From assembly GCA_047601445.1 (NCBI GenBank), contig JASGJH010000001.1, forward strand, positions 5,076,201 to 5,140,200: a stretch of DNA of 64,000 nucleotides. The letters are read 5' to 3'. Positions 1 through 9,109 of the stretch are shown in pieces. Position 1 is the stretch's first letter. Every line of letters begins with the position of its first letter. Source of the stretch: Myxococcales bacterium (GTDB lineage: Bacteria; Myxococcota_A; Polyangia; Polyangiales; DASUME01). The translations under genes and the position numbers were made by a program. The notes beneath the pieces were generated by a model. The model saw only the letters and a list, made by a program, of their open reading frames with translations, was not told where the DNA came from and ran no database searches.

Positions 1-1077
1 CGCTTCGAGCCGGGCCGGCTCAACGCCATTACCGACGTGGCGGGTGTCCGCGTGGGGCAAGTCACCCTGCGTGCCGAAGCCGACGGTCCTGACCGCGGCC
101 CGGTGCGCACGGGGGTCACGGCCATCGTGCCGGCCGAGGGAGTGTATGCGGAACGCGTGATGGCGGGCTCGTTCGTACTCAACGGAGCCGGCGAGCTGAT
201 GGGCCTCACGCAGGTGGCGGAGTGGGGGCTCATCGAGACGCCCATCCTGCTCACCGACACGCTCTCCGTGGGCGTGGTGGGGGACGCGGTGGTCCAGCAC
301 GTGATCGCGCGCGAGCCCACCATGGGCCGCAGCACGGACGTGGTGATCCCCGTGGTCGGCGAGTGCGACGACTCATGGATGCACGACGTGCGGGGGCGTC
401 ACGTGCGAGCCGAGCACGTGCTCCAGGCCCTCGAAGAAGCCAGCTCCGGACCCGTGGCCGAGGGCAACGTGGGCGCCGGCACGGGCATGATCACCTGCGA
501 TTTCGCGGGCGGCGTGGGCACCGCATCGCGCTTGGTCCCCTATCCACACGGGACGTACACGCTGGGCGTGCTGGTACTCTCCAATTTCGGCACCCGCGAC
601 GAGCTCACCATGGACGGGCTCAAGGTCGGGCAGGCACTCGCGGAATACCGGGGCGAAGCAAGTCGCCGCACCGCCTACGGCAGCATCGTGGCCGTCCTGG
701 CCACCGACGCACCGCTCCTGCCTCAGCAGCTCGACCGGCTCAGCAAGCGCATGGCCCTCGGCATCGGTCGGGTGGGCTCCTCGGCGGCCAACGGCTCCGG
801 CGAGATCTGTCTCGCCTTCTCCACCCACAACCGCGTCCCGCGTGAGCGCAAGGGTGCTCTGCTCACGCTGAACTGCCTGGCGGACCCGGAACTGAACCCG
901 CTCTTTCAGGCAGCGATTGAAACCACCGAAGAAGCGATCTTGAATGCGCTGTGCATGGGGACCGACCTGCGCGGCATCGACGACCATTTTTGTCCGGCCC
1001 TGCCCCTCGAGCAGCTGGCCGGATTGCGCAGGGCGCGCGAACAGGGCGTGGGCTCGCGGGCAGCGACCGAGCGATAG
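1..1077 (+). CDS. DmpA/S58 (P1) family aminopeptidase, N-terminus cut by the window edge
   Basis: Frame 1 is open from nt 1 (RFEPGRLNAITDVAGVRVGQ..) and continuous with ORF 37..1077. Family-typical motifs NAITDV, VVGECDDSW, GNVGAGTGM, GGVGTASR. Confidence 0.85.
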   Translation, partial: RFEPGRLNAITDVAGVRVGQVTLRAEADGPDRGPVRTGVTAIVPAEGVYAERVMAGSFVLNGAGELMGLTQVAEWGLIETPILLTDTLSVGVVGDAVVQHVIAREPTMGRSTDVVIPVVGECDDSWMHDVRGRHVRAEHVLQALEEASSGPVAEGNVGAGTGMITCDFAGGVGTASRLVPYPHGTYTLGVLVLSNFGTRDELTMDGLKVGQALAEYRGEASRRTAYGSIVAVLATDAPLLPQQLDRLSKRMALGIGRVGSSAANGSGEICLAFSTHNRVPRERKGALLTLNCLADPELNPLFQAAIETTEEAILNALCMGTDLRGIDDHFCPALPLEQLAGLRRAREQGVGSRAATER

Positions 1078-1138
1078 CCGACCAGTCCGCGGTGCCCGGC
1101 CGCAGGCAAACAGTGACAACACCGAAAGGCAGTGAGTG

Positions 1139-2236
1139 ATGGACAGCGTGCAGACGACCCCCAATGCGGCACAGAGCGACAACGGCGCCGCCCGCGTCGA
1201 TGAGAAGAAGCGGCCGGTGCGACGCGCGGGCATGCTCAAGGTCGGTCTGGTCTACAACCTGCGCCGCGTGACCGTGGCCGAGGGCGACACCGAAGCCGAG
1301 TTCGACACGCCCACCACCATCGAAGCTCTGTGCAACGCGATCCGCGTGCAGGGCCATGACGTGGTGAAGCTCGAAGCCAACGCCGAGCTCCCCGTGTCGC
1401 TGCGCGACGCGGGCGTCGACATGGTGTTCAACATCGCCGAGGGCTTGAGCGGAATGAACCGCGAGGCTCAGGTGCCCGCCCTGTGCGAGATGCTCGGCAT
1501 CGAATACACGGGCTCGGACGCTGCCTGCATGGCCGTCACGCTCAACAAGGCCATCGCCAAGCGCCTGGTGGCTCAAGACGAGATTCACACGCCAGCCTTC
1601 GCGGTGCTGCACACGGGCAAGGAGAAGCTGCCCAAGAACTTCACCTTCCCCGCCATCGTGAAGCCCATCGCCGAGGGCAGCTCCAAGGGCATCCTGGAGA
1701 AGCAGGTGGTGGAGAACGAAGCCGACCTACGCCACGTGGCGCAGCTGCTGGTGCGCCGCTATCGCCAGCCGGTGCTGGCCGAGGCCTTCTTGCCCGGCCG
1801 CGAGTTCACCGTGGCGCTGCTCGGCGAGCGCAAGCCGCGCGTGCTGCCCATCATGGAGATCGTCTTCACCGACGCAAACGATCCGTTCCCCACGTACACG
1901 TTCAAGAGCAAGTTCGAAGGCGTGGGCGTGGAGAACAAGGTGCCCTGCGAGGTGGACCCGCTGCTCCTCAAGCAGCTCGAGCGCACCGCCAAGGCGGCCT
2001 TCCAGGCCGTCGGCTGCCGCGACCTCGCGCGCATCGATCTCCGACTCGACGCCCAGGGCCGCGTGCATTTCATCGAGTGCAACCCGCTGCCCGGCATGGC
2101 GCCGAACTTCAGCGACCTGTGCATGATGGCCAAGGCCGAGAACAAGACCTACGACGACCTGGTGGCGGAGATCATGGCTCCGGCGGTGCGCCGCTTCCGC
2201 GCGCAGAAGCGAGAGCAAGTCTCGGTCGTGGCCTGA
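1139..2236 (+). CDS. D-alanine--D-alanine ligase-like ATP-grasp enzyme
   Basis: ORF 1136..2236 (GTG followed by ATG at 1139, AAAGG upstream). Ddl-like layout: LKVGLVYN N-terminus, ATP-grasp core PAIVKPIAEGSSKGI, C-terminal ARIDLRLD..FIECNPLPG. Confidence 0.8.
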   Translation: MDSVQTTPNAAQSDNGAARVDEKKRPVRRAGMLKVGLVYNLRRVTVAEGDTEAEFDTPTTIEALCNAIRVQGHDVVKLEANAELPVSLRDAGVDMVFNIAEGLSGMNREAQVPALCEMLGIEYTGSDAACMAVTLNKAIAKRLVAQDEIHTPAFAVLHTGKEKLPKNFTFPAIVKPIAEGSSKGILEKQVVENEADLRHVAQLLVRRYRQPVLAEAFLPGREFTVALLGERKPRVLPIMEIVFTDANDPFPTYTFKSKFEGVGVENKVPCEVDPLLLKQLERTAKAAFQAVGCRDLARIDLRLDAQGRVHFIECNPLPGMAPNFSDLCMMAKAENKTYDDLVAEIMAPAVRRFRAQKREQVSVVA

Positions 2237-2473
2237 ACTCCGCGCCAGACGCCGCTCGCTCGCCCCCTGCGCGCGGCACGCGAACCATCCCAAGATGGGG
2301 TGAACGCGCCGCCATCGAGTCCCCCTCGAACGCGCCGACTGCAAAATGCCCACGGTTGTAGTGGACGAACGAGCCGCGCGGACCACGCTTCGCGCGTGCT
2401 CGACCCGGCGCACTCCACTCGCCCGCAGGCGTACCCAGGCAAAGAAGCCAGCGAAACCACGCGCTTCGCCTGG

Positions 2474-3526
2474 ATGGACCGGGTATGGCGCTGGTTCGAG
2501 TCCGTCTCGGAGCTCAAGTTCGGCGCGCTGCTCGCGTTGCTCGTGGTCTTGCGCTCGGGGGTGCACATCGAGCTCGACCTGGAATGGCTTCCGCAATGCG
2601 TGGCCGCCTTCCCGCACTTGTCCGGCAATTTTCGCTGCCACAACGCCATCATCTCGGTGTTGCCGTGGTTGCTCCACGTGGACACGGCCGTCGAGTGGTC
2701 ACGCCTGCACGCTGCGCTGCTGGGGGGCTCTCTCTTCGGTACCCTGGTGCTCGCCTATCGCTTCGCGCCGGGCATCCGCTTCAAGCAACTCGCACTCTGG
2801 TTGGGCCTGAGCGCGATGCCGGTGGCATTGCTCCAGACCCGCGTCTACTACGACCCCTACGCCATCTTCGGGGGCTCGTTGCTGGCCCTCGCGCACGGCC
2901 CGTTCGCCATCTTCGCAGGTGGCCTCTTGCTGGGACTTTCGCATCCGGAGATGAGCCTGGTGGCCGCGCTCAGCGTGGGCTCCGTGGCCCTGGCCCTCGA
3001 CTTGGTGCGCACGCGACGCATCAAGCTCGCCCTCGTGAGCTGCGTGCTCGGGGCCGCCCTCACCAAGCTCCACGGTTGGCTCGATCCACCCGCGGGCCTC
3101 GATCGCGCCGGTGTACTCGGACGCAGCGTGCGATCCGCGCTGTTTCACGCCACCCAGAGCGGCACCATGGGCCTCTACGCGTGCCACGGACTGGCCTGGC
3201 TCTTGATTGTCGCCTACCTGCTCCACGCGCGCGCATCAGCGCGACAGCGCCTGTGGCTCGTGACGGGCCTCGTGATCTTGCCGGGCATCGTGACGCTGAT
3301 CACTCTGGACGGCACACGCGTCTTCGTGGGCACCGTGTGGCCGGCCTTCGTGATCTTCGTCTCCACGCTACTGGCGCGCAGCCAACGCGGAGATTCGCCG
3401 GTGCCCATTCGCACGCTCACTTGTGTGGCGCTGGTGATGGCCTTGATCGCGCCCTCTTACATCTCGGGCGGCGGCCACGTCTCCCGCCCCCGCTTCGGCT
3501 CACTGGCAAAGCACTCGCTGGAGTAG
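2474..3526 (+). CDS. Polytopic integral membrane protein, unknown function (paralog A of 7877..9040)
   Basis: ORF 2300..3526. The N-terminal 58 codons are Arg/Pro-rich and non-membrane, so ATG 2474 is preferred (start uncertain). About 9-10 hydrophobic segments. Shares FRCH, QSGTMGLYAC(H/Y)G.AWLL and DGTRVFV.T.WPAF with the 7877..9040 product. Confidence 0.65.
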   Translation: MDRVWRWFESVSELKFGALLALLVVLRSGVHIELDLEWLPQCVAAFPHLSGNFRCHNAIISVLPWLLHVDTAVEWSRLHAALLGGSLFGTLVLAYRFAPGIRFKQLALWLGLSAMPVALLQTRVYYDPYAIFGGSLLALAHGPFAIFAGGLLLGLSHPEMSLVAALSVGSVALALDLVRTRRIKLALVSCVLGAALTKLHGWLDPPAGLDRAGVLGRSVRSALFHATQSGTMGLYACHGLAWLLIVAYLLHARASARQRLWLVTGLVILPGIVTLITLDGTRVFVGTVWPAFVIFVSTLLARSQRGDSPVPIRTLTCVALVMALIAPSYISGGGHVSRPRFGSLAKHSLE

Positions 3527-3533
3527 AACCGAG

Positions 3534-4007
3534 ATGTCTCCACAAACGACCGACATCACACTCCTGATCTACTCAGAGACTCCAGGGGAACTCCTGGTGC
3601 CCGGCCGAGCAGCGTTCCCCCGCACCTCGCGGGTATGGCCCACCATCCTGGTGGCGGATCTCGCCGAAGCAACCGAGCTGCAATGTGCGATCGATGCGCT
3701 CCTGCGTGAAGAGGCCGAGCTCTGCGCAAGAGCGGATCAAGGGGTGGTCTTGGTCCCCGAACAAGGTGACCAGCTCGCAGAGGAAGAAGCAGCGAAGCGC
3801 GCCGTCGCCCGCTCTTTCGCCGAGAGCAGGCAATGGACGACCGATGCACGAGCACCGTGGGTCACCGACACTTGGGAGGGCGAGCATGCTTGGGCGTTCT
3901 TTCTGAGCTCCGGCAGCATGGACACCCACGGAGCCGTGGTAGACAAGCACACCGGTCGCGTCTTCCTGCGGTATTTTGCGAGCTTCAACATGGAGTTCTT
4001 CGACTAG
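3534..4007 (+). CDS. Hypothetical cytoplasmic protein
   Basis: 157-aa ORF starting 8 nt after the stop of the membrane gene, with protein-like non-repetitive composition. No motif I can name. Confidence 0.5.
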   Translation: MSPQTTDITLLIYSETPGELLVPGRAAFPRTSRVWPTILVADLAEATELQCAIDALLREEAELCARADQGVVLVPEQGDQLAEEEAAKRAVARSFAESRQWTTDARAPWVTDTWEGEHAWAFFLSSGSMDTHGAVVDKHTGRVFLRYFASFNMEFFD

Positions 4008-4042
4008 CGGCCGGACCTCCATGGCAAGGGCAGCGGCAGCGC

Positions 4043-4369
4043 TCAAGAGAGCCCGCTGAACCGATGCCTCCTCGCCCAGCCATCCAGCTCCATCAGCAAC
4101 GGCGCGAGCTCCCGCCCCTTCTCCGTGTACTCGTAACCGCCCTCGCCCAGCTCCAACAGCCCCACCTCCCGCAACTCCGCCAAGCGCTCGTTGAGCACGC
4201 TGGGGGACACGTCCGACGCCGCACTCTGCAGCCCCCGGAACGTGAGTGGTCCCTCGCGCAGCTCCCACAGGATACGGAGCACCCAGCGGCGCCCCAGCAC
4301 CTCGAGCAGATCCATGATCGGGTGAGACGACTTCTTCTTCGGACTCTTCTTGCTCGCCATCGTGCCCAC
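4043..4369 (-). CDS. HxlR-family winged-helix transcriptional regulator
   Basis: Small ORF with the HxlR signature region LEVLGRRWVLRILWEL..GPLTFRGL......SPSVLNERLAELRE.GL. Start is GTG 4369 or ATG 4360. Divergent from a CMD-family gene. Confidence 0.85.
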   Translation of the reverse strand: MGTMASKKSPKKKSSHPIMDLLEVLGRRWVLRILWELREGPLTFRGLQSAASDVSPSVLNERLAELREVGLLELGEGGYEYTEKGRELAPLLMELDGWARRHRFSGLS

Positions 4370-4459
4370 GCAGCGCGTGCGACAAGGCGCTACGATTTTC
4401 GTAGCAAGCCGTCTCCGACCGCGCTATGAAAACCGTAGCACCCAGCCAAGGAGCGCACC

Positions 4460-5002
4460 ATGGAACGCTTGAGCCCCGTCTCCCCGCCGTACTCCGCCGA
4501 GGTCACCGCCTCGTTCGCAAAGCTCACCCTGCCAGGCATGGAGTTCCTGCAGTTGTTTCGTGTATTGGCCCACAACCCGCGCCTGCTGCAGCGCATCCAG
4601 CGCGGCGGCCTGCTCGACCCAGGCTCGATCTCAATCCGCCTGCGCGAGCTCGCCATCCTGCGCACCTGCGCGCTGTGCGGCGCCGAGTACGAATGGGGCG
4701 TGCATGTGGCCATCTTCGCCGGCGCAGCGAGCCTGAGCGCGGACGACGTCTCGAGCACCTGGCGCACTGGCTCCAGCGACGCGCGCTGGGGCGACGCAGA
4801 GCGTCTGGTCCTGCGGCTTTGCGAAGAGCTGCACGCGACCCAGGGACTCAGCGATGCCTCGTGGGCCGAACTCTCGACGCACTTTACGTCAGCTCAGCTG
4901 CTGGAGCTCACGGCGCTCGCCGGCATGTACCACATGATCTCGTTCGTCGTGAACGCCGGTGGGGTGCAGCTCGAGACCTGGGCCCCGCGCGCTCCCGCCT
5001 GA
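4460..5002 (+). CDS. Carboxymuconolactone decarboxylase (AhpD-like) family protein
   Basis: ATG 4460 preceded by AAGGAG. CMD-like core ELAILRTCALCGAEYEWGVH. Classic divergent pairing with HxlR. Confidence 0.75.
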   Translation: MERLSPVSPPYSAEVTASFAKLTLPGMEFLQLFRVLAHNPRLLQRIQRGGLLDPGSISIRLRELAILRTCALCGAEYEWGVHVAIFAGAASLSADDVSSTWRTGSSDARWGDAERLVLRLCEELHATQGLSDASWAELSTHFTSAQLLELTALAGMYHMISFVVNAGGVQLETWAPRAPA

Positions 5003-5012
5003 GACGCTCGGG

Positions 5013-6104
5013 CTACAAGATGGTCGCTGCGCAGCCGAAGCCGATGCTCAGTGCGCCACCCTTCTTCACGAGGTCGCAGGCCGCAGGGCAGAACTCGATG
5101 CGACTCTTGGCGTCGTTCGCGTACCAGCCCACCTTGTCGCCACAATCGGCCTTCTGAGTGGCGCGCGGAAACTCCTTCTTGGACTTGCCGGACGAACCGA
5201 ACATCACGCGCACGCCGTACTCGATGTCCACCGCTTCGCCCTCGGGCGCGGGCGGGATCTCGAAGTCACAGGGCAGTGGCGCACTGGCCACCACGGCCGA
5301 TTGCAGGTCCTTGAAGAGCTCGGCGAAATTACCGCAAATGGAGAGCACCTTTCCGCCCGTGGCCTGGGCCAACTTGACGTGCTCGGTGCCGATGCCGCCG
5401 ATGGTGGGACAGCTGGCGTCGGGTGCCACGATGGCGTGATAGTAAAACTTGTGCCCCAGCTTGGCCTCCATGGCCGACTGGAAAGTGTCCGCCATCAAGT
5501 AGGGCAGCTCGGCGTTGTCGTCCGTGAGCATGATGATGTGCGTGGGCGCGCCGTCGCGCAGGAAGCTCTTGTACTTGTCGAAGCTGTCCACCATCACGCT
5601 CAAGCCGTTGTTGCTGTCCAGTGCCGTGGCCACGTGCAGGTAGCGCTTGGCGTCCTTGGCCAGCGGCGTGGCACCGAGCGGATCCGCCTGACCGCAGGCC
5701 GCAGCCGCGGCCGCACCGAGAATGCCCATGTCGTAGACCGCCGCCACGTGCGTGCCCTCGCCGATGCCCATCGCGAAGGCCGTGAGGTTCGTGGACACGT
5801 TGCAGATGCTGGCCGCCATGCTGAGCGAGGTGTCCATGCCGAGGATGATGTCCACCGGGCCGCGTTCCACCTCCGCGGTCTTCTCGATCTCACCGCATTC
5901 GGTGTTGATGTCCGGGTTGTCGGTGCTGTCCCCGTCGCCGCCCCAACTGTCGCCGTCGCCGTCGCCGTCGCCGCTGTCCCCATCCCCGGAGTCACCGTCG
6001 CCGCCGAGCTCCCCCTCGCCGACGCGTGTCGCAGGCGGTGAACTACAGGCCATAAGCGTGAGCTGGAACACCGTAAGCAACAATCTAAGTCCACGAGTTT
6101 GCAT
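5013..6104 (-). CDS. Lipoprotein with VWA-like domain and Asp/Gly-rich linker
   Basis: Internal ATG 6104 gives MQTRGLRLLLTVFQLTLMAC (lipobox LMAC). (GD)n linker. DxSxS MIDAS-like motif in ILGMDTSLSM. Cys-rich C-terminal part. The longer ORF to 6233 has no signal-peptide logic. Confidence 0.7.
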   Translation of the reverse strand: MQTRGLRLLLTVFQLTLMACSSPPATRVGEGELGGDGDSGDGDSGDGDGDGDSWGGDGDSTDNPDINTECGEIEKTAEVERGPVDIILGMDTSLSMAASICNVSTNLTAFAMGIGEGTHVAAVYDMGILGAAAAAACGQADPLGATPLAKDAKRYLHVATALDSNNGLSVMVDSFDKYKSFLRDGAPTHIIMLTDDNAELPYLMADTFQSAMEAKLGHKFYYHAIVAPDASCPTIGGIGTEHVKLAQATGGKVLSICGNFAELFKDLQSAVVASAPLPCDFEIPPAPEGEAVDIEYGVRVMFGSSGKSKKEFPRATQKADCGDKVGWYANDAKSRIEFCPAACDLVKKGGALSIGFGCAATIL

Positions 6105-6245
6105 AGCTAAACGATACACAAAGCGAGCCCCTGTGCGCTGCAAAGAGCGCCAACCGTCGCACCGATGGCGCCAGTATCGTGCTCGCCTCGAAAAATGGGG
6201 GCCCGCTTGCCTGAGCCCCGTCCCCGCCCCCATGCTCCGTCCCGA

Positions 6246-7250
6246 ATGACTGTCGAGCCGGAACCCTCGGTCCTAGCGAGCTGGGTGCGCACCATCGTGG
6301 ACGCGCTGAAGGCCCAGGGGATCGAGCCGGCCCCCGTGCTGCAGTCCGTGGGTCTGGATAGCAATGCTCTCACGGACCCCAATGCCCGCATCTCCGTGGT
6401 CGCGATGGCGCGCCTATGGCGCAAGGCCACCGAGCGCGTGGGGGATCCGGCCTTCGGCCTGCGAGCCTCCAAGTTCATTCGACACACCACCTTCCACGCG
6501 CTCGGCACCTCCGTGCTGGCGAGCTCCACCATGCAGGAAGCGGTGGAGCGTGTGGTGCGCTTCAACCGAGTGGTCAGCGATGTGGCGACCTTGGAGCTCG
6601 AGCGCGATGCTCAACAAGCGCGGCTATTGGTGGTGCTGAAGCCGGGCTACGAGTCAGGCGGGCACGAAGCCATGGATGCGATCCTCTCGCTCATCACGCG
6701 GGCCCTCAGGCTCCTCGCGGGCCCCAACTTCACGCTGAGCAGTGTGGAGATGCGACGCCCCGAACCCGGGGACCGGAGCGCCTACGACAACATGTTCCGG
6801 TGCCCCATCCAATTCGAGAGCGGACTCGACGCGCTCGCCTTCGCCAGCGACCTGCTCGAGCAACCCCTCCCTTCGGGCAACCCCGAGCTCGCGCGCTTCG
6901 GCGACGCCGCCGTGCGCGAGTACCTGGCGCGCGTGCAAAACGGGTCCCTGGTGGACCGCGTGCGCGCGACCATCGCCGAGCACATGGGCACGCAGCTCTC
7001 CCCCGAGTTCGTGGCCAAAAAGCTCGCCATGAGCGTGCGCAGCATGCAGCGCGCACTGCAGGAACTGAACAGTAGCTACGAGACCTTGCTGCGCGACGTA
7101 CGCGAAGAACTCGCCTGCGCCTATTTGAAGGAGAAGCGCTACTCGGTGACCGAGGTGGCGTTCCTGCTGGGCTACGAGAGCATGGGCGCGTTCGCGCGGG
7201 CGTTCAGACGCTGGACCGGCATGTCGCCGTCGGACTACGCCAACAAGTAG
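6246..7250 (+). CDS. AraC-family transcriptional regulator (OruR/ArgR-like with N-terminal ligand-binding domain)
   Basis: ATG 6246 within ORF 6165..7250. C-terminal double HTH: SPEFVAKKLAMSVRSMQRAL ... VTEVAFLLGYESMGAFARAFRRWTGMSPSDY. Confidence 0.85.
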   Translation: MTVEPEPSVLASWVRTIVDALKAQGIEPAPVLQSVGLDSNALTDPNARISVVAMARLWRKATERVGDPAFGLRASKFIRHTTFHALGTSVLASSTMQEAVERVVRFNRVVSDVATLELERDAQQARLLVVLKPGYESGGHEAMDAILSLITRALRLLAGPNFTLSSVEMRRPEPGDRSAYDNMFRCPIQFESGLDALAFASDLLEQPLPSGNPELARFGDAAVREYLARVQNGSLVDRVRATIAEHMGTQLSPEFVAKKLAMSVRSMQRALQELNSSYETLLRDVREELACAYLKEKRYSVTEVAFLLGYESMGAFARAFRRWTGMSPSDYANK

Positions 7251-7253
7251 CTC

Positions 7254-7472
7254 TCAACCCACCTTGCGATTGCGTGGAGCGTCCGGCATCAGCGCGTCCA
7301 CCACGGCGTCCACTAGACCCACATAGTCCCGCAGCTCGTTACGCAGCATGCTGATCTCGTGGGCGAGCGCGGAGGTGCCCTCATTCTCGGCGCGGGCTCG
7401 CAGTTGATCCATGCGAGCGAGCACGCTGGTGTTCTCGAGTCTCAGCTTGGCCAAAAGCTCGCGCGTGATCAT
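7254..7472 (-). CDS. Small coiled-coil hypothetical protein (72 aa)
   Basis: ATG 7472 preceded by GGGAGG. MITRELLAKLRLENTSVLARMDQLRARAENEG.. has a heptad-like character. The upstream part of ORF 7254..7646 looks non-coding. Confidence 0.45.
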   Translation of the reverse strand: MITRELLAKLRLENTSVLARMDQLRARAENEGTSALAHEISMLRNELRDYVGLVDAVVDALMPDAPRNRKVG

Positions 7473-7876
7473 GGCGCCTCCCAAAGAACGCACTCTGCAC
7501 GGCGCATGCCAGGGGAGTTCCCTCACGTCGCAGGCCTCGGGCGTGACTGGCTCGAAAAGCCTGAAAGCTATCGAAACTCTCGGAAAGCCCGCCTGTTTTG
7601 GGGCCGCCCTGGGACCTGGGCCAGGCCCCCTCCCGCTCCCGTCCATCGATCGATCGGTCCAACCCCGATGTGCAAACCTTGCACCAGCAAGCGTGCAGAA
7701 GGTGCGCAGTGTTCGGTATTTCTTGTGGATTTCAGGGACTCAGGTGGATCGAATGCGGGCCTGGTGAGCGGGTGCAGCGAGCCCGCTCGAGCGGTGCGCG
7801 CGACCTGAGAGACCCACACCGCAGCAGGCGTGCGCAGGTCCAGATAGCCGCCGCTGGCCCCCAAAGTCCACCAGCC

Positions 7877-9040
7877 TCACAGACCCTTCAGGCGAAACCA
7901 GCCGTTGATCCCCGGCATCGAGAACCCGGACTTCATGCGGACGAAGGCCGGGAGCAGGGCCACCGAAAGGACCAGCAGTGCGCTCAGGGTCTCCATGGGC
8001 TGGTCGGCGTCCTCCCGGGTCTCCTCGAGGGATTGAACCAGGAAGGCGAGGAACGCAGGCCAAGCGGTGCACACGAAGACCCGCGTCCCGTCGCGGGTCG
8101 CGAGCGTCACGAGGCCCGGGACGAGGAGCATCCCGAGGGCGACGCGCCGCTTGCGAGCGGTACTGGCCGGGTCCAACAGGAGCCACCCGGCGACGAGCAG
8201 CCAAGCGGCCCCGTAGCAAGCGTAGAGACCCATGGTTCCGGATTGCATGGCGACGCGCAGCGAGAGCCCGAGCGCAGCCGGAAGGATCTCGAGCCGCGTG
8301 TCCCCCGTGTGCGCCGAGAGTGCCGCGTAGAGCATGCAACAGACCGCCGATGCGCCAAGGCCGAGGGCCCCTGGGATGACGACTCGACGAGGCCGCGAGC
8401 CCCACGCAACGATCAGCCACGCAGCTGCTGCGACCAGAGCTTGCTCGGGATTCGCCGCTCCGATCACGATGCCCCCGAGGGCCGCAACGACGGGAGAGGG
8501 CGCGAGCCCCAACAGCGTGCCGCCGAGAATGGTGTACACGTCGTAGTGCTCGCGAGGATTCAGCAACACACTTGGCATCGAGCTCGCCGAGATCCAGAGC
8601 AGCGCGAGACGGCCTCTCGGACCCGTTCCAAGCGTCACGAAGGTAAGCGTTGCGGCCAGGAGCAAAGCGCCAGCGGTGAGGCCCGCGTGGAGCAGCTTCC
8701 ACTGAGTCAGGCTCTCCAGGCCGAGCAGCTTGGGCAGCGCGAAGATCACGAGCCCATGGCAGCGAAAGTCGGCCGTGGTCACCGACAGATCTGCGAAGCA
8801 CTTGAGCGTGGGATCCGTGGCCGGGTTGAAATTGAAGCCGTGCGCTCCATTGCGAAGCAGCATGACGCCAGCCACGAGCGCCGTGAACCACGCGACGTGG
8901 ATGCGGTAGACGTCTGCCAGGATCCGCCCCTCGATGGCACGCCAGCGGGAGCGAGCGGGAGCTAGACGCGCTGGCTTCAACACCACTTCGTGGAGGCTCA
9001 TGGCTCGAGGCTTTCCGTCGTCGTCTGCAAAACGCGGCAA
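7877..9040 (-). CDS. Polytopic integral membrane protein, unknown function (paralog B of 2474..3526)
   Basis: 387-aa ORF with multiple TM segments, collinear with paralog A (FRCH, QSGTMGLYACYGAAWLL, RDGTRVFVCTAWPAF). Start is 9040 or 9001. Confidence 0.7.
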   Translation of the reverse strand: MPRFADDDGKPRAMSLHEVVLKPARLAPARSRWRAIEGRILADVYRIHVAWFTALVAGVMLLRNGAHGFNFNPATDPTLKCFADLSVTTADFRCHGLVIFALPKLLGLESLTQWKLLHAGLTAGALLLAATLTFVTLGTGPRGRLALLWISASSMPSVLLNPREHYDVYTILGGTLLGLAPSPVVAALGGIVIGAANPEQALVAAAAWLIVAWGSRPRRVVIPGALGLGASAVCCMLYAALSAHTGDTRLEILPAALGLSLRVAMQSGTMGLYACYGAAWLLVAGWLLLDPASTARKRRVALGMLLVPGLVTLATRDGTRVFVCTAWPAFLAFLVQSLEETREDADQPMETLSALLVLSVALLPAFVRMKSGFSMPGINGWFRLKGL

Positions 9041-9109
9041 TATGGCCGCGAATGCTCACGACTTCGAGCCCAGCCCCCAGGAAGGTAGGGGTGAAGCGCT
9101 CGACGTGAG

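Noticed and set aside
2474-9040. Inverted paralogous membrane genes as terminal repeats of a mobile element.
   Set aside because: No transposase, integrase or recombinase, and no target-site duplication or nucleotide-level inverted repeats are visible. The paralogs are diverged at the protein level.
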